Below are positions 27,784-40,380 of a stretch of DNA of 64,000 bases, in pieces. This DNA comes from Eledone cirrhosa (Eukaryota): contig OZ024743.1 of NCBI GenBank assembly GCA_964016885.1, positions 89,838,001 to 89,902,000 on the forward strand. The letters run 5' to 3'. The position numbers were made by a program, and so were the translations under genes. Numbering within the stretch: position 1 is the stretch's first letter; each line of letters opens with the position of its first letter. The notes beneath the pieces are model-generated. The model had not been told where the DNA came from. It ran no database searches and saw only the letters and a list, made by a program, of their open reading frames with translations.

Positions 27784-28965
27784 AGGTGTATTTAGGTGAG
27801 TGTGTGTGTGTAGGTATGTGTGAATGTATGGGCATATGTGTGTGTGTAGGTGTGCGTGTATGTGTGTAGGTGTAGGTGTATTTAGGTGAGTGTGTGTGTG
27901 TGTAGGTATGTGTGAATGTATGGGCATATGTGTGTGTGTAGGTGTGCGTGTATGTGTGTAGCTGTAGGTGTATTTAGGTGAGTGTGTGTGTGTAGGTATG
28001 TGTGAATGTATGGGCATATGTGTGTGTGTGTGTAGGTGTGCGTGTATGTGTGTAGGTGTAGGTGTATTAAGGTGAGTATGTGTGTGTGTAGGTATGTGTG
28101 AATGTATGGGCATATGTGTGTGTGTAGGTGTGCGTGTATGTGTGTAGGTGTAGGTGTATTTAGGTGAGTGTGTGTGTGTAGGTATGTGTGAATGTATGGG
28201 CATATGTGTGTGTGTGTGTAGGTGTGCGTGTATGTGTGTAGGTGTAGGTGTATTTAGGTGAGTGTGTGTGTGTGTAGGTATGTGTGAATGTATGGGCATA
28301 TGTGTGTGTGTGTGTAGGTGTGCGTGTATGTGTGTAGGTGTAGGTGTATTTAGGTGAGTGTGTGTGTGTAGGTATGTGTGAATGTATGGGCATATGTGTG
28401 TGTGTGTGTAGGTGTGCGTGTATGTGTGTAGGTGTAGGTGTATTTAGGTGAGTGTGTGTGTGTGTAGGTATGTGTGAATGTATGGGCATATGTGTGTGTG
28501 TAGGTGTGCGTGTATGTGTGTAGGTGTAGGTGTATTTAGGTGAGTGTGTGTGTGTGTAGGTATGTGTGAATGTATGGGCATATGTGTGTGTGTGTGTAGG
28601 TGTGCGTGTATGTGTGTAGGTGTAGGTGTATTTAGGTGAGTGTGTGTGTGTAGGTATGTGTGAATGTATGTGCATATGTGTGTGTGTAGGTGTGCGTGTA
28701 TGTGTGTGTGTGTGTAGGTGTATTTAGATGAGTGTGTGTGTGTAGGTATGTGTGAATGTATGGGCATATGTGTGTGTGTGTGTAGGTGTGCGTGTATGTG
28801 TGTAGGTGTAGGTGTATTTAGGTGAGTGTGTGTGTGTGTGTAGGTATGTGTGAATGTATGGGCATAGGTGTGTGTGTGTGTGTAGGTGTGCGTGTATGTG
28901 TGTGTGTGTGTGTAGGTGTATTTAGGTGAGTGTGTAGGTATGTGTGAATGTATGTGCATATGTGT
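27562..28965. repeat. Compound ~90-bp minisatellite (TTTAGGTGAG / GAATGTATGGGCAT cores in (GT)n)
   Basis: About 15 units. Confidence 0.95.
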
Positions 28966-29932
28966 GTGTGTAGGTATGTGTGTATGTGTGTGTGTGTGTG
29001 TAAGGTATGTGTGAGGGTATGTATGTATGTGTGTGTAGCTGTATATGTGTGAGTGTGTGATAACGACGGCAGGGAGAATGAGGAGGAGTGTGTATATGTG
29101 TGTGTGTAGGTATGTGTGTATATGTGTGTGTGTGTAAAGTATGTGTGTGTGTGAAGGTATGTATGTATGTGTGTGTAGCTGTATATGTGTGAGTGTGTGA
29201 TAACTACGGCAGGGAGAATGAGGAGGAGTGTGTATATGTGTGTGTGTAGGTGTGTGTGTATATGTGTGTGTGTGAGGGTATGTGTGTGTGTGAGGGTATG
29301 TATGTATGTGTGTGTAGCTGTATATGTGTGAGTGTGTGATAACTACGGCAGGGAGAATGAGGAGGAGTGTGTATATGTGTGTGTGTAGGTATGTGTGTAT
29401 ATGTGTGTGTGTGAGGGTATGTGTGTGTGTGAGGGTATGTATGTATGTGTGTGTAGCTGTATATGTGTGAGTGTGTGATAACTACGGCAGGGAGAATGAG
29501 GAGGAGTGTGTATATGTGTGTGTGTAGGTATGTGTGTATATGTGTGTGTGTGAGGGTATGTGTGTGTGTGAGGGTATGTATGTATGTGTGTGTAGCTGTA
29601 TATGTGTGAGTGTGTGATAACTACGGCAGGGAGAATGAGGAGGAGTGTGTATATGTGTGTGTGTAGGTATGTGTGTATATGTGTGTGTGTGTAAAGTATG
29701 TGTGTGTGTGAAGGTATGTATGTATGTGTGTGTAGCTGTATATGTGTGAGTGTGTGATAACTACGGCAGGGAGAATGAGGAGGAGTGTGTATATGTGTGT
29801 GTGTAGGTATGTGTGTGTGTGTAAAGTATGTGTGTGTGTGAAGGTATGTATGTATGTGTGTGTAGCTGTATATGTGTGAGTGTGTGATAACTACGGCAGG
29901 GAGAATGAGGAGGTGTGTGTATATGTGTGTGA
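28966..29932. repeat. Compound ~139-bp minisatellite with GATAACTACGGCAGGGAGAATGAGGAGG core, 7 units
   Basis: Core recurs near 29058, 29199, 29338, 29477, 29616, 29757 and 29886. Confidence 0.95.
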
Positions 29933-30000
29933 TAGTAAATATGTTGAGAGATATCCAAAGAGGAAACAACATATACATAAGGAAATTGACGGACGGACAA

Positions 30001-30425
30001 ACACACACATGCATACATACACACATACACACACACATACATACACACACGCATACACACATACACACACACATACACACTTACACAGACATATACATAC
30101 ACATATACACACACACACACACACATACATACATACATACATACATATACACATACATACATACACACACATACACACTTACACACACATGCATACACAC
30201 ATACATACACACATACATACATACACACACATACATGCATACATACACACATACACACATACATACATACACACATACACACATACATACATACATACAT
30301 ACATACATACATACATACATACATACATACACACACACATACACACATACACACACACACACACTTACACACATACATACATACATACATACATACATAC
30401 ATACATACATACATACATACATACA
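30001..30425. repeat. (CA)n/(CATA)n compound microsatellite
   Basis: Direct reading. Confidence 0.95.
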
Positions 30426-31212
30426 TGATGGCTGCCCCCTCGTTATCGAGTACCGCCATTGCACGATATACCATTATTAGTAATTATTAACTAATTCTAT
30501 CGTGCAATGCCTGTGCGTGAAGATATTTTTTAAAATGAGGAAAGACTGTGCACTGAGCCAATCCCACTCTCTGAGCGACAGTAGCTATAACCCGAAAAGA
30601 AGAAAAGATCAACATCATCACCGCAGGTTTTATATCGGAGTTATCCCAGTTTCCTGAGTTGCCTTCTCCTAGAAGAATGCCCTGACAAAGGCTAGGAGTC
30701 CTTCATTCCCAGTGGTTTAACCGCGCGATCGGGTGTCCAGCCCGACTATTTCTATGTCCCCGCGCATACACATACATATGCACATGTGTATATACACATA
30801 TACATATACATACATATGTACATGTGTATATACATATTTACACACTTTTGGATGGCCACTGACTCTTATGAGTTCTTCCGCTCTTTGTCAGGTTTTGTTT
30901 TTTGTCCTGCAAGGTGTCCAAAATCACCCTCTTCACCAAGCAAACTTGGTGGGGTTGCCGGTTTAGTCACCGACGACCCGCCCATGCGACAGGTTGTACT
31001 GAGTTACATGTTACCAGTAGCACTCAAGAGTGACCCGACATAACATATATACATACATACATACATACACACATTCACAATTCAAGGCGAAATTGGACCA
31101 TTGTTGGACCACTGTGTTTCCGACTGTGTAAATGTTGCCCCCCTCCTTACATGGCATCTGAAGCATCTATGTTTTATTTTCTGCCAAATATATTGAATTG
31201 AATTGAATTAAA

Positions 31213-31296
<84 letters not shown>

Positions 31297-31446
31297 TACA
31301 CACACACACACATACACACACATGCACACTGCTATGCAGAAATAGCACAACTTTGATCTGAATTCAGTTACAATATTATTGGCGTCAGTATGTACTTTTA
31401 TATATATATGTGTCTGTGTGTGTTTATGAGTGTGTGTGTATATATA

Positions 31447-31505
<59 letters not shown>

Positions 31506-32292
31506 TGGCTGGCAACTTGTTTTCGAGTACGGCCACTACTTTATATCCATGTAGAAGAGCCCCTACCGATGTGCTGAACGAGTCTGACTTTTTAGTCCAG
31601 ACAGCGACTTGAAAACTCTGGTACAAACACTACACTTGTGACAATTTTTGACACATAGTGCTAGGCCCATGGTACCATGTGACGACAAGTGCAGAGAGAT
31701 CTCCAGATATAAAGCAATGCCTGTACCGTGAAGCTTTTATAGTGAGCAAAGGCACTGCACAAAGCCAGTCCCACTCTCTTAACCAAGATGATATTTACCA
31801 AAAAGAAGAACAAGCCAACATCATTGAATACCATCAGGGTTGCAGGTGTTATATCAGAGTTTTCCTTCTCCTAAAATTCTGCCTTGACAAAGGCTAAGGG
31901 GTCACCTCTCCCGGTGATTTTGGATGGCCATTGACTCTTAAGAGCTCCTTTGCCCTTTGACAGGTTTTGTTTTTAGTCCTGCAGGATGTCCAAAGTCACC
32001 CTCCTCACCAAGAAACCTTTGTGGGGTTGCCAGTTTAGTCGCCAACGACCCGACCATGAGACAGGTTGTACTGGGATTCATGTTACCAGTAGCATCAACT
32101 GGTGACCAGACATACATACATATATATAAATATATACATATATATATATACATATACATAGATGCATGTATTTATGTATGTACGTATATATATATATGTG
32201 TGCATGTATGCGCATATATATATTTACATGCGTATACCGTATGCGGGTTTGTGAGCATGGGTGGCGTGTATGTGTGTATCAGTGTGCATGCG

Positions 32293-32363
<71 letters not shown>

Positions 32364-32909
32364 CCTGTGTGTGTGTGTGTATCTGTGTGTCTTTGTGTGT
32401 TTGTGCGTGTGCGTGTCTGTATGTATGTTTATGTGCATGTATGTATACACTCTGTACTTGAGCTAACATCTTAGAGCAAGGGAACTTGCTTCACGTTTCT
32501 ACATGACTGTACAATTACCAAAGGAAACAACCAAGTTATGTTCCTCCTGTCGGCATCTTCTCCTTATCAGAACTTAATTCCAGGAATACCAGAATATCTC
32601 TACCAACCATTTCCTCCAGATATTTTCCACATCATCTTTCAATCTATTTTATCTAATTTTCGGGTCGTTTCCCAGGGCATTGAACAAATTTACGCATAGG
32701 TCACTGTTCATAGCCAAACCACACCTTTTTGTTTAGAAGCTTTTCCCTATCCAGCTCCTGTACACCAGAGTAAACCAACCCAAAACCGGATGAACTTATC
32801 ACAACCATGAGCTAGCAATAATGAGTCCATCGAACACTTTCAACTTATTCAAATTGATCAACACACATAACAGAGCCAGCACTAGGCCTGATCCGTACAA
32901 ACACACAGG

Positions 32910-33060
<151 letters not shown>

Positions 33061-33247
33061 ATATATAGGCAGTAACAGGCAGTAATTTAACCACTACCAT
33101 GCTAGTTGATACATCGATCTCCACCGATCAATTGGTCCCCCAAAAGGATCGTTAAACAATGTACTAACTCTCTACCTACACCTGACTTCCGTTTTTATTG
33201 TTCAAACATATATATATATGTGTGTGTATGTGTGTGTGTGTGTGTGT

Positions 33248-33324
<77 letters not shown>

Positions 33325-33327
33325 TGC

Positions 33328-33457
<130 letters not shown>

Positions 33458-33516
33458 CCTGGAGAGATACGATTTGGGTAGAGCATCCATAATGGAGTAA
33501 ATAACTTACTGATAAT

Positions 33517-34227
33517 ATCAGTGAGGAGTGGTTTGTTAAGAAAACAGCAGCCGAACCATTACTATGAACTATAGTAGCAGTTTTGGCCAATTTTGGCTCA
33601 ACAAAATAATTTGGAGAGAATTATAAAGAATTAGTATATCTATGGCATAGGTATGCATCTGTATATATATATGTTAGTAGATATACTAATTCTTTATAAT
33701 TATCTCCAAATTATTTTGTTGAGCCAAAATTGGCCAAAACTGCTACTATAGTTCATAGTAATGGTTCGGCTGCTGTCTTCTTAACAAACCACTCCTCACT
33801 GATTAACCTCGATGTCACGTGATTGATTCTTTTGAATTTGCCACCGACGTAGTAGGCAGTGATTTTTTCAATGTCTTGGAACTTAGTTTACGCTTTGCTT
33901 TTTTCCATTCACTGAATTTTTTTTGTATAAGTTCCCTGTGTCCACGCATTGCCTGGAAACTTAGCTGAGAATAGACTTCCCTGATGACGAAAGGCTTCTC
34001 CGTACGTTTCTTCGGAAACTATGTTTATTCCCTTTCAGAAACTAATTAGTTGATGAGAAATTTTAGTAAGTAAGTTAATTTTTATAATTTTCTTATTTTA
34101 CGTCTTTCATATTATTGTTCTGCATCCCCATGCATTGAACCACAAAGTTACTAAGACAAAACCTATATATTTGCTGGCATAGGTATGCATCTGTATATAT
34201 ATGTTAGTAGATATACTAATTCTTTAT
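33517..34227 (+). mobile_element. Probable Penelope-type pLTR remnant: 126-bp inverted arms, terminal direct repeat and partial hammerhead
   Basis: Arms at 33517-33642/33678-33803; 33643-33698 directly repeated at 34175-34227 before (TA)n; CTGATGA at 33981 and GAAA-CTAATTAG-TT at 34038. Confidence 0.6.
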
Positions 34228-34232
34228 ATATA

Positions 34233-34333
<101 letters not shown>

Positions 34334-34584
34334 CCCCTTCTTTGATCTCTCACCTAATACAATTCTAATTCTTCTCAACAACCAAATAAATAAATAATTT
34401 AGACACCCTGATATACTCTCAATACCTACATCTAAAACAATATATAACACTAATTAAATAGCTGACAACAGTGTATATAACACTAATTACTCCAGTATAT
34501 GTTATATAATTCCCTATCTTGTCATAAAAAACTTCAACTTTCTGCACAATCTGAATATATATATATATATACATTCTCACATAT

Positions 34585-34917
34585 CTAGGGCGGATAAAAT
34601 TCCCGAGATCCATGGTCGAGTTCTCTCCAGCGGTCTCTGTCCCTCATTATCGCTGCCATGTCCTGCGTCTCCAACAGACCACTGTCTGTCCTTAGGGCAT
34701 CGACATATGTTAACCTTGGTTTTCCTTTTCCAGTGTGTCCATGTAGGGGCTCCCACAGGAGAACTGTGTGCAATGTCAACTCTGGATGTCGGTGAGCATG
34801 TCCAGCTAACCTCAGTCTCCTCTGTGTCACTTTTGAGCTGACTTTTGGGAGGCTTCCATACAGCTCTGAGTTTTTCATCCTCAGTGTATACTGATTAATG
34901 TTCAGAGCCATCCTCAG
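34585..34917 (-). mobile_element. RTE-like LINE 3' fragment with a 13-bp flanking direct repeat
   Basis: RRLRLAGHAHRHPE..LLWEP..GKPRLTYVD..DRDRWR; CATTCTCACATAT at 34572-34584 and 34918-34930. Confidence 0.85.
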
Positions 34918-35982
34918 CATTCTCACATATATATATATATTATAGATACATATATATTTTATATAAACCCCTATCTAGTTATAAACATTTAACTCTCTCC
35001 ACACAATCTGAAAAGATAAGAATAACTAATAATTTTTTATATATAATTAATAACCATTAATAATATTTTATATTTTATAAATATTAATTTGTAGCTCTAC
35101 TTAGTGAAAGATGACTTTCAATAGATAATAAAATCTATTTACAATAATAAAACAACCCTGAATTTATCAATAACCTTAATTACTTCCCTTTGTTATTAAT
35201 CCCCCTGTGTAAATTCATAAAGTTAAAACAACTTAACGGCTTATCAACACCCTAATAACTATTAATGGAACTCGCACATAAAGCAAACTAATATTGCTTA
35301 ATAAAAAATTTGAAGATAGGAATGCATTGTATAATATACTTACTATAACAACATGGCCAGTAATTCAGTGGAATTTATCTTTACCAAACACATATCTATA
35401 AACTATACACATCTCACATTACATCTAAAACTAAGAAAATTCCATGGTTAATACATTTGAGTTACAACCAACATATACATCTATATACGAACTCCAATAC
35501 AAAAATTCTTGAATGAAAATGACCTATCCAATTCAATCACGTGATTTGCATTACATCTCACATAACATATACCTATTTTATCACCACATGTCTCCCTACC
35601 ATATAGCACGCCATTTAAACGAATTTAAACATTTCTAACACTTGTAATATGCTTTTACATTCTACACGAAATATACTTATAACTCTTACCTCATACATGC
35701 CTTATTGATTGTATTGACTCTTGCATTATATACCCTTAACTTTACCTGATTTCCAATGCTATGAAATCTTCTATCTATCCTATCTTACATCTTTTTTTGC
35801 TTGTAACATTTTTTGCTTGTACCTTTTGCACTTTTCACCATTGCTCCTTGTAATTGTGTACTCTGAAGCATAACATTCTTTTTTAACTCTCGACTCTCTA
35901 CATGATGTCTAGGACACTGGACAACAGTTATGACAAATGTTCTGAAGACTAGGATTTTAATCACCTGTTTAGATATTCCATA

Positions 35983-36029
35983 TGCTCCGATGATTCCAGA
36001 CATCCCTCTGTAAGAAACAATTGTCAGCA
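35983..36029 (+). ncRNA. Minimal type I hammerhead ribozyme, CCGAUGA core variant
   Basis: UGCU-CCGAUGA-UUCCAGA(cauccc)UCUGUAA-GAAA-CAAUUG-UC-AGCA; downstream 36078-36160 resembles the reverse complement of 40-126. Confidence 0.75.
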
Positions 36030-36220
36030 AATAAATGTATTAAACTAAGATTTGATTGTTTTAACACTTTGTACCTCGGCTCTGTAAAACACTTGATAAT
36101 TTGCGTTGAGCCTTTTATCATACTGGTAACCGGCTAGTACTTAGTACTACCCTCCATATTTATAATGGTATATTTAATATATATAAGTATAAATATTATT
36201 ATTATTACTATATATATATA

Positions 36221-36411
36221 GGGGCGGTGGATTGGCAGTATCGGTAGAAGGTCGGACGCCATGCTTTCCAGCATAGTTACGTCCCTTTACGATCTGAGTT
36301 CAAATCCCACCGAGGTTGACTTTGTCTTTCATCTTTACGGGGTCGATAATATAAAGTACCAGTAATGCACTGGGTGATTGCTGGCCTTGTTCCTAAAGTA
36401 GAAACAATTAT
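36221..36411 (+). mobile_element. SINE family A copy
   Basis: Box A/B and body; flanked by TATTACTATATATATAT-like duplicated sequence. Confidence 0.9.
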
Positions 36412-36722
36412 TACTATATATATATATGTGTTGATAATCAATAAAAACACATGAACGAAATTTCATCGTATGTATACCTCTGCGTGTGCATCGAGTGGTC
36501 ATATTTGTACCAACTCCAGTAATTCACTGAGTCACCTATACTATAGATACATGGATTAACGCAGATATATATAAAAACCTTGCTTTATAAACTCCTGATG
36601 CTAATCATTGTCAAAATAAGTGCAGGCATAGCTCTATGTTTAAGTGTTCGCTTTACAACCACGTGGTTTCGGGTTCAGTACTACAACCTGACACATTGAG
36701 CATCTGGTTGAGCAATGTATTA

Positions 36723-36762
<40 letters not shown>

Positions 36763-36787
36763 TGTAATAAACAACATAAGGCAATTA

Positions 36788-36847
36788 TTCCATTTACCAG
36801 TGGTTTCTTAAAAGCAAAAAATGTTGCTTTCAATCATCAGAATGAAA
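36788..36847 (-). ncRNA. Canonical type I hammerhead ribozyme in a ~100-bp insert between (TA)n tracts
   Basis: UUUCAUU-CUGAUGA-UUGAAAGCAA(cauuuu)UUGCUUUUAA-GAAA-CC(acu)GG-UA-AAUGGAA: all core nucleotides and three stems intact. Confidence 0.88.
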
Positions 36848-36860
36848 AAATCCTGGTCTC

Positions 36861-36901
<41 letters not shown>

Positions 36902-37879
36902 AGGGAACGGGCGAAAGCTTCAAGAACATCATCGATGTCCGTTCCCTTGTCGTTTTAACTTGGATTGCCTAGAGAACGTAACCTTATTATGTAAGAAGCT
37001 GTCTGGCGAGATCATGGTACTTGGTACGCGAAATCGAGTGGCCACTGTGGTCATTGAAATATGTATCACACCCTTATCAATAAAGGACACATCTGAAACT
37101 ACATCGCACTTTCTTATTCTATAATACATATATATATACACAAAAACAAGATGGCGTGGGACAGAACAAGGGAGAAGCACAAAAACAAAGAAAAGAATCC
37201 CCAGTCACTGAAGAGGTCACAGAATGTGTGACGAAAGAACTTTCACAACATATGAACACCCGTCCAGTTGTGTAACCAACCAACCAACCGGAAATTTAGA
37301 AATTCTTAAATTTATAAATTTAATTTATAATAAATTGGAGTAAAAGCAACTGGTGCGTGTGTTTCTTATTGGCAACATGACCCTCCCAAAGTATAACAAT
37401 ATTGGTTTCAACACACGTTTTCAGATAAAGAATCTTGCTAAACAAATTCAGAAACGAAATATATATATATATATTGGGGGGGGGGGGGGGCGTGTATAGG
37501 CTTATTCTGTGCGACTGTATTTTGTTTTGTTTTTTATGTTGTCATGATTTTCCCGCCCCTTTGTCTTGAAATATTGACCTTTTGATTTGCATTTTTCAAT
37601 CTTTTTTTTTTTTTTGTAATCTCAGTTATAATTTGCTGTTAGGTCGTTAGAATGTCGGATTAACTATTTTGCAATATTTGTTCTGGATTTCCGCACTTTC
37701 AGATCAACTTTGTTTTTCATTCTTACGATGTTGATATAAAAAAAAGTAGCAGTCCAGTACTGGGATTGATTCTACCTCTATATCTCTTTCTCACTTCCTC
37801 TCTATCACTCTCCCCTTTCTCCTTCTCTCTCTCTCTCTCCCTCCCACCCTCTCACCATCTACTTCTCTGGAAGAAACAG

Positions 37880-38277
37880 AACGTCGGATAAAATGTTTTG
37901 CTGCATTCGCTCCGATCATCTCAACTCTCTAAGTTCAGATCCCACCGAGGTCAACAGTGTCTTTCATCTATTTAAGGTCGATAAAAAAAAGTACCAGTTT
38001 AATATTGAGGTCAATTCTTCCTCTATATCTCTTTCTCACTTTCTCACTTCCTTTCTCTCGGATTGGCAGTATCGGTAGAGGGTCGGAAGCCATGCTTTGA
38101 TTTATGGAGTTACGGCCCTTGCCATTCTGAGTTCAAATCCCGCGGAAGTTAATTTTGCCTTTCATCCTTATGGGGTCGATAAAATAAAGTACCAGTAATG
38201 CACTGATTAATTGCTGGCCTTCTGCCAAAAGTAGAAACAATTATCTATCCTTCTTTGGAAGAAATTATCTCTCTGTT
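37880..38277 (+). mobile_element. Long-tailed SINE with a nested family A SINE (38060-38243) in its linker
   Basis: Head at 37880-38010; CT-rich linker interrupted by a younger SINE and resuming at CTATCCTTCTTTGGAAGAAAT. Confidence 0.7.
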
Positions 38278-39447
38278 CAGACCTAAAGAGAAATAGACTC
38301 CTCCAGATTTAAAATGCTTTTGATACGCTGTATGTCACGCCGGCACACTACAAACCTAAAAAGAAATGGACTCCTCCAGATTTAAAATGCTTTAGATACG
38401 CTGTATGTCACGCCGGCACACTACAAACCTAAAAAGAAATGGACTCCTCCAGATTTAAAATGCTTTAGATACGCTGTATGTCACGCCGGCACACTACAAA
38501 CCTAAAGAGAAATAGACTCCTCCATATTTAAAATGCTTTAGATACGCTGTATGTCACGCCGGCACACTACAGACCTAAAGAGAAATGGACTCCTCCAGAT
38601 TTAAAATGCTTTAGATACGCTGTATGTCACGCCGGCACACTACAAACCTAAAGAGAAATAGACTCCTCCATATTTAAAATGCTTTAGATACGCTGTATGT
38701 CACGCCGGCACACTACAAACCTAAAGAGAAATGGACTCCTCCAGATTTAAAATGCTTTAGATACGCTGTATGTCACGCCGGCACACTACAAACCTAAAGA
38801 GAAATAGACTCCTCCAGATTTAAAATGCTTTAGATACGCTGTATGTCACGCCGGCACACTACAGACCTAAAGAGAAATGGACTCCTCCAGATTTAAAATG
38901 CTTTAGATACGCTGTATGTCACGCCGGCACACTACAAACCTAAAGAGAAATAGACTCCTCCAGATTTAAAATGCTTTAGATACGCTGTATGTCACGCCGG
39001 CACACTACAGACCTAAAGAGAAATGGACTCCTCCAGATTTAAAATGCTTTAGATACGCTGTATGTCACGCCGGCACACTACAGACCTAAAGAGAAATGGA
39101 CTCCTCCAGATTTAAAATGCTTTAGATACGCTGTATGTCACGCCGGCACACTACAGACCTAAAGAGAAATGGACTCCTCCAGATTTAAAATGCTTTAGAT
39201 ACGCTGTATGTCACGCCGGCACACTACAGACCTAAAGAGAAATGGACTCCTCCAGATTTAAAATGCTTTAGATACGCTGTATGTCACGCCGGCACACTAC
39301 AGACCTAAAGAGAAATGGACTCCTCCAGATTTAAAATGCTTTAGATACGTTGTATGTCACGCCGGCACACTACAGACCTAAAGAGAAATGGACTCCTCCA
39401 GATTTAAAATGCTTTAGATACGTTGTATGTCACGCCGGCACGCTACG
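38278..39447. repeat. 73-bp satellite, 16 near-identical copies
   Basis: Unit ACCTAAAGAGAAATRGACTCCTCCAGATTTAAAATGCTTTAGATACGCTGTATGTCACGCCGGCACACTACAR. Confidence 0.97.
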
Positions 39448-39622
39448 ACTCCATCAGGAGTTACCGGTCCCTAAATAACTTTTGCTGTAAATTCTAGCAG
39501 GTCGACCAATTGTAAAAAAGCTTCCTTGTCGATTCATCGGTGTGGGAGATTATCAGCGTTTGTTCATTGATGCTTCAGAAAATATATACACATATCAGTA
39601 TACATATGAGTGTGTGCGTATG

Positions 39623-39668
<46 letters not shown>

Positions 39669-40109
39669 TGTGTTCGTGCGTGTGAAAACGTGTGTTAAAT
39701 TAATTAGCTCTCTTTTCTGTTACGCACATGTACGCATACATACATACATACATACATAAATGCACACATATAGATACATATGTACATACACATATAGATA
39801 GACACACGTACTGAATACACTGAATACATACATACACTTGTCCGTGCGCGCACATACACACACGAACACATGCATATAGACACACACACACACACACACA
39901 CATACACGCACACACACCTGTTTGTCGTTAGAAATAAATCCTCTTCCAAAATCAAATTGCTGACTTGAAATAATTCTATTTACGATAGAAAGACAAACAC
40001 AGAAAGAGGGAGAGAGGGAGATATAGGGAGATGGGGAGGGGAGATAGGGAGGTAGAAAATAGGGAGAGAGAGGGGGGAAAGGGGGATGGTGATAATGAGA
40101 GAGGGAGAA

Positions 40110-40172
<63 letters not shown>

Positions 40173-40380
40173 GATAGATATATCGAGAGATATGGATATA
40201 CAGAGAGAGAGAGAAGGAGGGGGTGATAGAGAGATAGGGAGAGAGTGGGAGAGAAAGAGAGAGACAAAGAGATAGGGAAAAAGAGTGAGATAGTGATATA
40301 GCGAGAGAGAGAGGGAGGGAGAGGAGTAAGAAAGCTGTGAAGCGGTTAATTATATTTGATAAACACGTGTAATTAATCAA

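Noticed and set aside
25985-29932. Repeat-spacer appearance resembling a CRISPR array
   Set aside because: Spacers are just variable (GT)n, the context is eukaryotic, and there are no cas genes
36901-36948. 12-bp inverted repeat enclosing GAAAGC, considered as a permuted hammerhead
   Set aside because: No CUGAnGA strand at the required position
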